In this document: positions 1-6,697 of the stretch, piece after piece
How the letters are laid out: each line of letters starts with the position of its first letter
Position numbering within the stretch: position 1 is the stretch's first letter
Source: a bacterium
GTDB lineage: Bacteria > Bacteroidota > Ignavibacteria > UBA10030
Assembly: GCA_043803945.1 (NCBI GenBank)
Contig: JAZDJN010000078.1
Location: forward strand, 1-10,591
Length of the DNA: 10,591 nucleotides
Reading direction: 5' to 3'
Made by a program: the position numbers and the translations under genes
The notes under the pieces: generated by a model
What the model saw: only the letters and a program-made list of their open reading frames with translations
Database searches by the model: none
What the model was told of the DNA's origin: nothing

Positions 1-170
1 TCGTAATACTTGTAGATGTCCGTGTCCTTCGCAAGTCCAAGGTCACGACGCCAGCGATCGAGGAAGCGGCCCCAGAAGAAATCGCTGAGCGGAACACGGT
101 CCGCCTCTTCGTGACGCAGAGTCTTGTTCATTCTATTCAACTTCGCAAGACATTCCGAACTTCGTTCCAT
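1..170 (-). CDS. 5' part of a uroporphyrinogen decarboxylase (URO-D)/MtaA-CmuA-like family protein; runs off the window
   Basis: Manual translation from ATG at 170: MERSSECLAKLNRMNKTLRHEEADRVPLSDFFWGRFLDRWRRDLGLAKDTDIYKYY, open to the window edge. AAGGA SD at 180-176. The R-x4-L-x-H-E-x-x-DRVP pattern is typical of URO-D-family N-termini. Confidence 0.65.
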   Translation of the reverse strand, partial: MERSSECLAKLNRMNKTLRHEEADRVPLSDFFWGRFLDRWRRDLGLAKDTDIYKYY

Positions 171-211
171 GCCATTCCTTAGTGTGCTTCGAGAAGAGGC
201 GTGCATCGTTT

Positions 212-236
212 ACCCCGATCGTTTTTGGATCGGGGT
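212..236. repeat. Intergenic palindrome ACCCCGATC-gtttttg-GATCGGGGT
   Basis: Perfect 9-bp stem, 7-nt loop, about 50 nt downstream of the hsdR stop. There is no U-tract on either side, so it is REP-like rather than a classical intrinsic terminator. Confidence 0.6.
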
Positions 237-285
237 CGGCCGCACAATTTTGGAGTAAAATTAAAGCTTTTCTGAAATTCCTGCT

Positions 286-3200
286 TTAATTTTCCGTCAA
301 ATATTCCGCCATCAACTCCGCCTGCTTCAGAACCGTGTCGATTGCTTTCTGCTGTTTGTCTGGCGGATAGCCGTACTTTGTCAGAGTACGTTTCACCAGC
401 ACCATCAGTTTCGCTCTTGCACTCTCACGGATAGTCCAGTCGATGGTAGCATTCTTCTTTACTTTATCTGCAATTTCTATCGCAATCTCTTTTAGAATTT
501 TATCGCCCAAAACCTGAACCGCACTATCGTTGACTTCCAATGCGTTATAGAAAGCAACTTCGTCTGTTGTCAGACCAAGTTTCTCTCCTTCTTTGTCTGC
601 TTCCTTTATTTCCTTTGCGATTCTAATGAGCTCTTCAATAATCTGAGCGGTCGTCAGCAAGTTGTTCTGATACCTTTTGATTGATGCTTCAAGCATTTCT
701 AAGAACTTCCTGCTCTTTACAAGATTGGTTCTCATCCGACCCTTGATCTCATCGTTGAGTATCTTCTTCAGCAGTTCGAGCGCAAGGTTCTTATGCTTCA
801 TCCCCTGCACTTCTTGCAGGAATTCCTCTGATAATATTGATATATCCGGCTTCTTAATACCGGCAGCATCAAAAATGTCAATGACTTTGTCTGACGTAAG
901 CGCTGAGTCCACTATTTGCTTGATCGCAGAATCAATGTCGGCAGATGATTTTCCTGTCCCCGTGCCTTCAAATTTCACCAACCGTGCTCTCACTGCCTGG
1001 AAGAAGGCCATTTCATCCTTGATCGTAAGTGCAGACAGGTGTGGAATGGATAATGCGAACGCCTGACTAAGCAACGATACTTCTTTAACAAATCGGCTTT
1101 TCCCATCCTGCAATCCTAAAACGTGTTCTTCTGCTTGAAGTATTATTGAGAGCTTTTCTTTTGGCTCGCCGGTAAAGAAACGCTTATAGTTAAACCCTGT
1201 GCTGCCCGGGTAATATACCATAGGTTCGGCAGCTATGATGTCTTTTTTTGTTTTACTGGTCTCTGAGAACAATTGCTTCACGACTTCAAGTTTTTCAATC
1301 ATTGCAACTACAGCCTGCGCTTGTGTTTCAGCCGGATTGCCCCTGCCTCCTGCATCTCCATAAAACTTGAGCGCATTCTTTAAATCGGAGGCAATTCCAA
1401 GATAATCAACGACGAGTCCTCCGGGTTTGTCCTTGAAAACCCGATTCACTCTCGCAATAGCTTGCATCAAGGTATGCCCACGCATCGGCTTATCGATATA
1501 CATCGTGTGCAAACAAGGCACGTCAAAACCGGTAAGCCACATATCACGGACAATGACCAATTTCAAATCATCACTGGGATCTTTCATCCTATCAGCTAAG
1601 CCCTGTCGTTGCGATTTAGTAGTGTGATGTTTTTGCATCGCAGGTCCATCATCGCTCGATGCAGTCATCACCACTTTGATTGCACCTTTTGTAAGATCGT
1701 CATTGTGCCATTCGGATTTTAGTTCGATAATTTCGTTGTAGAGATCAACCGCCACACGCCGACTCATCGCAACTATCATCGCTTTGCCTTCGGTTACTTC
1801 TTGCCGCTGTTCATAGTGTGAGACAATATCTCGTGCAAGATTCTTAAGCCGGTTCTCATTGCCGATAATTGCTTCTAATCGTGCCCACTTCGCCTTGAGT
1901 CTCTGCTTCTCAGTTATCTCTTCATCTTCTTCCAACTCTTGATCAAATTCTTCCAGCAGCCGTTTTCCCTCGTCATCCAGATTCACTTTTGCCAAACGGC
2001 TTTCGTAATAGATTCGTACTGTTGCTCCATCTGCGACCGATTGAGAAATATCATAGATGTCAACGTACTGGCCAAACACTTGCGGTGTGTTGACATCCGT
2101 TCCCTCGATGGGTGTTCCTGTAAATCCGATATAGGTTGCATTCGGTAATGCATCCCGCATATATTTAGCAAAGCCGTATGCTATGCGTGTGCCGATGACT
2201 TCTTTCGTCTCCTTGTCCTTTACATCTTTGGTCACTGCTTCAAAGCCATATTGTGTGCGATGAGCTTCATCAGCAATGACGACAATATTTCTCCGGTCTG
2301 AAAGCTGTTCATAAACCGCTCTGGACTCTGAGCTTGTCGAAGAGTCCGGCATAAACTTCTGTATTGTCGTAAAGACAATGCCCCCGCTTGCTACGTTTAA
2401 TAATTGTTTCAAATGTGGTCGGCTATTGGCTTGTACCGGTTCTTGTCGCAGCAATTGCTTCGATGCTGCAAATGTATCAAACAACTGGTCATCCAGGTCA
2501 TTGCGGTCGGTGATGACAACAATGGTAGGATTCTGCATTTCAGGAGCAGTGATAAGCTTACCGGCAAAGAACACCATGCTTAGACTTTTTCCGGAGCCTT
2601 GGGTATGCCAGACTACGCCGCCTTTTTTGCTGCCTATAGCACCCTCACCCGGCCTCTCCCAGGGGGAGAGGTGTGTATCGCCGACATTAATGAGATCGGT
2701 AAGCTTCTCGAGAGTTAGTTCAAGTTTGTCAAGAATGTCTTCGTTAGAAAAGCGAACAACGTGATAACCTTGAGAAGTCAGGTATTCATCTCTCACCTGG
2801 TCACGTTGTTTTTGCTCTTCAATCTGATGGACACCTCCGTCTAATTCAACGACCAACTTTTTTTCGTTGCAATAAAAATCTGTAATGTATGGCCCAATCT
2901 GATGTTGTCTTCTAAATTTCAGATGATGAAACTTTCTATCTCTGACAACATGCCAGAATATTTCTTCCGCTGGAGTTTGGCGCTTCCGCAATTCTCTTGC
3001 TTCATTCACAAGACTTGAAAACAGCACCCCACCCCTATAATTTACGAACGGAATATCTCCCTCCCTCTGGGAGGGATTAAGGGAGATTATTCTTCCCTCC
3101 CTTTGTGAGGGATTAGGGGAGGTTTTCCTTCCCTCCCTTTGGGAGGGACCGAGGGAGGGCATAGAATAGCCCGCCGCTCTAATCGTGCTCTCTATTGCTT

Positions 3201-4098
3201 TATTGACAGCGTAGTATTGATGATAAGCAGCCAATTTCTTTTCTATTACAACCTGCTTTATACCCACACCCTCGTTCCCTCTCCCAGCGGGAGAGGGATG
3301 GGGTGAGGGTCTTATAGCTTTTTCAAATACGATGAAGTTTCGGATAAGATCGAGCACTGTTGCTGGATTCAGCATGCCTTTAAGCAGCACTTCTAATTGC
3401 GGGATGAACTTTGATGCCTCTTTGCTGCCATCAATACTTTTCCAAGTCATAAAGCGGTTGAATCCAGCCGATACACTCCCGGCTCGGCATTCCATTCCAT
3501 CTGAAATAATACAGATGGCATTGTAGGTAAATAAGCTTGGTATTGTAGCTTTGTATGTTTGGATTTGTTCGTATGCTTTTTGCACAGTGGCAGTCTCATC
3601 CGAAGCATTTTTCAATTCGATGACTACTAAAGGAATACCATTGATGAAAAGGACAATATCCGGACGCTTGTTCTGGCCTGCCCCACCGGAGGCGGGGTTC
3701 TTCTCAACTATGGTATATTGATTGACAGCTAAGAACTCGTTGTTGAATGGTTCCTCAAAATCAACCAGCGCTACTTCGTAGCTTCGTTCGTAGCCGTCTT
3801 GCTGGTATGGGACACGAACCTTCTCGATGAAGTATTGATGGAATATTTCGTTATTGTGCAGCAGATCGGGTGAGTAAATGTGCAGCACTTTCTGTATCGC
3901 TTGCTCTCTTGCGCTCTCTGGAATATCCGGATTGAGGCGTGCGATGCACCTTCGCAGGCGATTGATTAGTACGATTTGCTCAAATGATTCTCGCTCAGCA
4001 TATTCAGCCCCGGGTGCGATTGCAAGGCCATGAACATGCTCCCAGCCTATATTCTGCAATTCTTCGATTGTAATATTTTCAATCGTGCTTTCGATCAT
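286..4098 (-). CDS. hsdR: Type I restriction endonuclease subunit R with an internal DUF559 domain
   Basis: 1270-aa ORF. Nuclease motif RPDIVLFINGIPLVVIELK, Walker A HTQGSGKS, DEAH box, FTGTP, MWLTGFDVP, QAIARVNR, and a DUF3387-like C-terminus (IDWTIRESARAKL...YGYPPD). Confidence 0.97.
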   Translation of the reverse strand: MIESTIENITIEELQNIGWEHVHGLAIAPGAEYAERESFEQIVLINRLRRCIARLNPDIPESAREQAIQKVLHIYSPDLLHNNEIFHQYFIEKVRVPYQQDGYERSYEVALVDFEEPFNNEFLAVNQYTIVEKNPASGGAGQNKRPDIVLFINGIPLVVIELKNASDETATVQKAYEQIQTYKATIPSLFTYNAICIISDGMECRAGSVSAGFNRFMTWKSIDGSKEASKFIPQLEVLLKGMLNPATVLDLIRNFIVFEKAIRPSPHPSPAGRGNEGVGIKQVVIEKKLAAYHQYYAVNKAIESTIRAAGYSMPSLGPSQREGRKTSPNPSQREGRIISLNPSQREGDIPFVNYRGGVLFSSLVNEARELRKRQTPAEEIFWHVVRDRKFHHLKFRRQHQIGPYITDFYCNEKKLVVELDGGVHQIEEQKQRDQVRDEYLTSQGYHVVRFSNEDILDKLELTLEKLTDLINVGDTHLSPWERPGEGAIGSKKGGVVWHTQGSGKSLSMVFFAGKLITAPEMQNPTIVVITDRNDLDDQLFDTFAASKQLLRQEPVQANSRPHLKQLLNVASGGIVFTTIQKFMPDSSTSSESRAVYEQLSDRRNIVVIADEAHRTQYGFEAVTKDVKDKETKEVIGTRIAYGFAKYMRDALPNATYIGFTGTPIEGTDVNTPQVFGQYVDIYDISQSVADGATVRIYYESRLAKVNLDDEGKRLLEEFDQELEEDEEITEKQRLKAKWARLEAIIGNENRLKNLARDIVSHYEQRQEVTEGKAMIVAMSRRVAVDLYNEIIELKSEWHNDDLTKGAIKVVMTASSDDGPAMQKHHTTKSQRQGLADRMKDPSDDLKLVIVRDMWLTGFDVPCLHTMYIDKPMRGHTLMQAIARVNRVFKDKPGGLVVDYLGIASDLKNALKFYGDAGGRGNPAETQAQAVVAMIEKLEVVKQLFSETSKTKKDIIAAEPMVYYPGSTGFNYKRFFTGEPKEKLSIILQAEEHVLGLQDGKSRFVKEVSLLSQAFALSIPHLSALTIKDEMAFFQAVRARLVKFEGTGTGKSSADIDSAIKQIVDSALTSDKVIDIFDAAGIKKPDISILSEEFLQEVQGMKHKNLALELLKKILNDEIKGRMRTNLVKSRKFLEMLEASIKRYQNNLLTTAQIIEELIRIAKEIKEADKEGEKLGLTTDEVAFYNALEVNDSAVQVLGDKILKEIAIEIADKVKKNATIDWTIRESARAKLMVLVKRTLTKYGYPPDKQQKAIDTVLKQAELMAEYLTEN
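2323..2347. repeat. In-frame palindromic element in hsdR (family C): GGACTCT-gagcttgtcga-AGAGTCC
   Basis: 7-bp perfect stem around an 11-nt loop. Encodes DSSTSSES in the loop between TTIQKF and the DEAH region. Confidence 0.65.
2641..2671. repeat. Family A palindromic repeat, left boundary: ACCCTCACCCGG-CCTCTCCC-agg-GGGAGAGG
   Basis: 8-bp stem 2653-2660/2664-2671. CACCCTCACCCG (2640-2651) is identical to 7629-7640 in hsdM. Confidence 0.85.
2690..3015 (-). other. DUF559 / Vsr-like endonuclease domain inside HsdR
   Basis: ARELRKRQTPAEEIFW...KFRRQHQIGPYITDFYC...LVVELDGGVH...RDQVRDEYLTSQGYHVVRFSNEDI matches the DUF559 (YcjD-like) signature along its whole length. Boundaries are approximate. Confidence 0.92.
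3058..3160. repeat. Three tandem 36-bp family A-like hairpin repeats (TCCCTCCC-nnn-GGGAGGGA-tail)
   Basis: Units start at 3058, 3094 and 3130. They encode PSLGPSQREGRK / TSPNPSQREGRI / ISLNPSQREGDI. The middle unit has one stem mismatch. Confidence 0.9.
3268..3310. repeat. Solo family A palindromic element in frame in hsdR
   Basis: TCCCTCTCCC-agc-GGGAGAGGGA (3276-3298, 10-bp stem) plus tail TGGGGTGAGGGT. ACCCTC (3268-3273) can pair with GAGGGT (3305-3310). Encodes RPSPHPSPAGRGNEG. Confidence 0.88.
3676..3696. repeat. In-frame 21-bp family B element in hsdR (minus strand CCCGCCT-ccggtg-GGGCAGGC)
   Basis: GC-rich imperfect palindrome encoding PASGGAG just before the QNKRPD catalytic motif. 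It shares both ends with the hsdS element at 6080-6110. Confidence 0.7.
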
Positions 4099-4229
4099 TA
4101 TTTGGACTTAACTTTTTGTTTATTTTATCGATAATATATTTAGGAACAGATATCGCCAATCGTTTGTTGACAAATGTAGAAAAATGACATATACTATAGA
4201 AGAAACCGATCACCATTATTTGCAGCACT

Positions 4230-4415
4230 ATGACAACCAATATGAATAAAATCGAAGAACTCAAGAATGATCATGAGTTACAGGAGATTGTCAAGATAGC
4301 CCAACTCTCCAAGATATCGAAAGAAATCACGAAACCTTATGAAGACAAGACGCGTCCAATTATAGCCACAAAAGATTACGGCCAGGAAGTAAAAATTATG
4401 AATTATAGCAATTAG
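4230..4415 (+). CDS. Possible small hydrophilic protein, antisense to the operon
   Basis: 61-aa ORF filling the hsdR-protease gap and followed by a hairpin with a plus-strand T-tract. No recognisable motif and no clear SD. Confidence 0.25.
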   Translation: MTTNMNKIEELKNDHELQEIVKIAQLSKISKEITKPYEDKTRPIIATKDYGQEVKIMNYSN

Positions 4416-4439
4416 CTCTATCCTTTGTCTTCGTACAGG

Positions 4440-4474
4440 AAGTCCGTTCTATCAATCAGTGGAACGGACTTTTT
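4440..4474 (+). terminator. Hairpin AAGTCCGTTC-N12-GAACGGACTT with plus-strand T-tract; possibly bidirectional
   Basis: 10-bp stem 4440-4449/4462-4471, TTTTT at 4470-4474. Lies immediately after the protease stop codon on the opposite strand. Confidence 0.55.
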
Positions 4475-4478
4475 CATT

Positions 4479-5444
4479 TCATGCAGGGAAGAAGTTGATC
4501 ATCGAAAACGTTGATGTCTCAAATAATTTCCCTTTTCGTTGTTGTGGTTGGCTATCCATATCCAAGAATAACTCTGCCCTCAGATATAATTCAAATAATA
4601 ACTTCCAATCGTCCGATTCTTTTGATAATTCTTTTACATTTAAGTCCTTCAACAAATTTTCAGGTACGTTTTCTTTTATATGTTTTGCATTGATAGTACG
4701 TCCATGGGTAAAATATTTGCTTGTTGAGGTCAAATCCTCCGCGATGGCATCGGCTTTCATTTTTGCATCTTTATGATCCTTCAACATATATTTGCAGAGA
4801 AACTTTTTTGCGCAATCTTTTGCAAATGCCATAGATTTATCACAATGATCGATAAAACCGCTATCAAGAGCAGAGAGTTGCACCAAATACGCCTGATACG
4901 GTTTCCCCTCTGTAATTGCCTGACTCGTTAACTCTTCTAAACGATTACGTGCATGGACAAATGATTGTGCTGAAATCCATTGTTGGACTCCACCTTGAAT
5001 AATTTGAATTTGCGCGTCGATAGGTCCAAGTTCTGAAGTGACTCCCATAATAATTTCATCTGCGCCTAATGCAAGCATAGTAGCTGCACTCTTTGCCACA
5101 TTTGGAACTATGACTCTGAATTGTTTTTTACAATAAGCTCGTATCATTTCGACAATCTTTTCTGCTACTGTACCAGCCCCACCGCCACTTTGTATAATAA
5201 GATCAATATTCTTTGTCTCTCCGACCGATTCCAGCATACTGCCGACCATGTGGATGTCATTGTAGTCTATAGGATAGTTCAATTTGGCAACATAGAGAAG
5301 AATTTTTGTCCCGAATTTATCTTCTATTTTCTTAATTAATTGTTGACGGCGTTTAGTTTGTGTATGTGCATCCTGAACTTCCTGTTGTACCTCTTGTAAG
5401 ATTTTGTCATACCGATTCTGTATTTCTCCTTGCTTATCTTCCAT
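4479..5444 (-). CDS. ClpP/crotonase-fold serine protease (SDH_sah / S49-like)
   Basis: Motifs IDLIIQSGGG, VIVPNVAKSAATMLALGADEIIMG, LGPIDAQ and THGRTI. Start placed at Met14 of the 334-aa ORF (ATG 5444, preceded by GAAGGGA); the alternative start is 5483. Confidence 0.85.
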   Translation of the reverse strand: MEDKQGEIQNRYDKILQEVQQEVQDAHTQTKRRQQLIKKIEDKFGTKILLYVAKLNYPIDYNDIHMVGSMLESVGETKNIDLIIQSGGGAGTVAEKIVEMIRAYCKKQFRVIVPNVAKSAATMLALGADEIIMGVTSELGPIDAQIQIIQGGVQQWISAQSFVHARNRLEELTSQAITEGKPYQAYLVQLSALDSGFIDHCDKSMAFAKDCAKKFLCKYMLKDHKDAKMKADAIAEDLTSTSKYFTHGRTINAKHIKENVPENLLKDLNVKELSKESDDWKLLFELYLRAELFLDMDSQPQQRKGKLFETSTFSMINFFPA

Positions 5445-5494
5445 TTTCTTCCCTTCGTTATTTTTTTGCAGGAATCTCCACATTTTAAGAGTAT

Positions 5495-6697
5495 TTAGTT
5501 TTCCCCCACCCTCACCTCACCGTTCATTAGCTTTGGCAAGAGTGTATCCCGCAGTTGTGTGAGTGTGCGAATTTGTATGGTATTTTGATAAATCTTCTTG
5601 TCTAACGGACTTGCTTCCTGCTGGAATTTCTTTACTAATTCTTTCGGTGCGATAACATTTTCCAGTTTATTGAAATCTTCTTTTCCGATTGAGCCAAATA
5701 CTGTGCCGTTATCCTCAAACTGTTTTATCCGAGCCATCAATGATCGAAGTTTGTAATAAGTGTAAGTACTAAACGTATTTTCTGTTTTGTATCGAAATGC
5801 GGCAACACCACGACCAATACAACAATCTTCTATTGCAATATTCATATCACCAACCGGAGCTCTAACACTCACTAATGTGTCGAACTTCTTCGCCAATCTT
5901 GTTGGTTCTGTTGTATACACTCTTGGCTCAGGGAAGCGAACTCCAAAATCTGTTCTTCCTTGAAAGAAAACCATTCCATTCTTGGCTTCATTCAATGCCG
6001 ATCCGGACGGAGACTGACCCATTGTGAAACCAAATTCATCTTCTATCGTACCGCGATCCCACCCCTCTTCCGCCTCTTCCCCGCCTTCACTTTCGTTTCG
6101 GCGGGCAGGCACAAACCACTGCCTGAACAACGTTTCAGCCAAAGCTTCGAGGGTTTTATTTTGGCGTTGGAGCAAATCTATTTTCTCATGAAGTGAGATT
6201 AGTGTTTCAGCAATCGAGGCTTGCATTTCAATTGAAGGAATGTCAATCGTTAATTCAGACAACATCGCATTGTTTAAACTCGCTCTTGTAGTCATTGATG
6301 ACATATTGGACACGGTAGCTCTAAATCTTGGCGAACGGAAAAAAAAACCAGCGTATTCTGGCAATATCCTTATGGTTCCATTAGGTCTCAATCTTTTTGT
6401 GAATCCGTTAAATGTTACATTGGGATAATCTACTAAAGCAACGGAACTCATTCCCAAATCTTCATCTGTTTCACTTGTTCGCGTTAAAAAAACATCACCT
6501 CTTATGACAGAACAACTTTCTCTTTCTTTCTCTGTTGAATTTACTAAGGACGTTAATATTTTAGGAACAAAATAATTATCAAAAATATCCATGTATGAAA
6601 GAAAACCATATCCAAAACCAAATTCTTCCCGTGGTTTTGAAAGTCCCGAGGAAAATTCATATACATCTCCAAGTTTATATTCTTTCCACTCAACCAT
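5495..6697 (-). CDS. hsdS: Type I RM specificity subunit S
   Basis: Two-TRD layout: EWKEYKLGDV start, central conserved helix (QASIAETLISLHEKIDLLQRQNKTLEALAETLFRQWF) and C-terminal LTQLRDTLLPKLMNGEVRV. Likely start is ATG 6697 (Met21 of the listed ORF), overlapping the upstream stop (ATGGTTGA). Confidence 0.95.
   Translation of the reverse strand: MVEWKEYKLGDVYEFSSGLSKPREEFGFGYGFLSYMDIFDNYFVPKILTSLVNSTEKERESCSVIRGDVFLTRTSETDEDLGMSSVALVDYPNVTFNGFTKRLRPNGTIRILPEYAGFFFRSPRFRATVSNMSSMTTRASLNNAMLSELTIDIPSIEMQASIAETLISLHEKIDLLQRQNKTLEALAETLFRQWFVPARRNESEGGEEAEEGWDRGTIEDEFGFTMGQSPSGSALNEAKNGMVFFQGRTDFGVRFPEPRVYTTEPTRLAKKFDTLVSVRAPVGDMNIAIEDCCIGRGVAAFRYKTENTFSTYTYYKLRSLMARIKQFEDNGTVFGSIGKEDFNKLENVIAPKELVKKFQQEASPLDKKIYQNTIQIRTLTQLRDTLLPKLMNGEVRVGEN
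6080..6110. repeat. In-frame 30-bp family B element in hsdS (CCCGCCT-tcactttcgtttcggc-GGGCAGGC)
   Basis: Encodes PARRNESEGG between FRQWFV and EEAEEGW. CCCGCC/GGCGGG stem. Same termini as 3676-3696 but in opposite orientation. Confidence 0.75.

Larger units (their letters stand above)
2641..3160 (-). mobile_element. Candidate DUF559 endonuclease element bounded by inverted palindromic repeats, inserted in frame in hsdR (approx. aa 314-486)
   Basis: Tail+hairpin repeat at 2641-2671 and three hairpin+tail repeats at 3058-3160 face in opposite orientations around a DUF559-coding segment. The whole block sits between YHQYYAV and Walker A, where HsdR normally has only a short linker. Confidence 0.7.

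Noticed and set aside
2641-3160. Intein or intron explanation for the nuclease insertion in HsdR
   Set aside because: No Hint-domain motifs or terminal His-Asn followed by Cys/Ser/Thr. The nuclease is DUF559 rather than LAGLIDADG or HNH, and there is no room for a ribozyme core.
3058-3160. CRISPR array (36-bp period with hairpins)
   Set aside because: The units are directly tandem with only about 7 variable nt, lie inside a CDS, and no cas genes are present.
2632-3170. Target-site duplication (ATAG/ATAGC) around the DUF559 element
   Set aside because: The short matches at 2636-2640 and 3161-3170 are not positioned unambiguously and could be chance; an empty allele is needed.
5505-5522. ACCCTCACC at the end of hsdS as another family A tail
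   Set aside because: It encodes the normal HsdS terminus GEVRV and has no adjacent hairpin.
6339-6347. A9 run in hsdS as a phase-variation tract
   Set aside because: It encodes GFFF in an AT-rich gene and is too short to support without population data.
5495-6697. hsdS shufflon or invertible specificity locus
   Set aside because: Only one hsdS, no recombinase gene and no long inverted repeats seen in the window.
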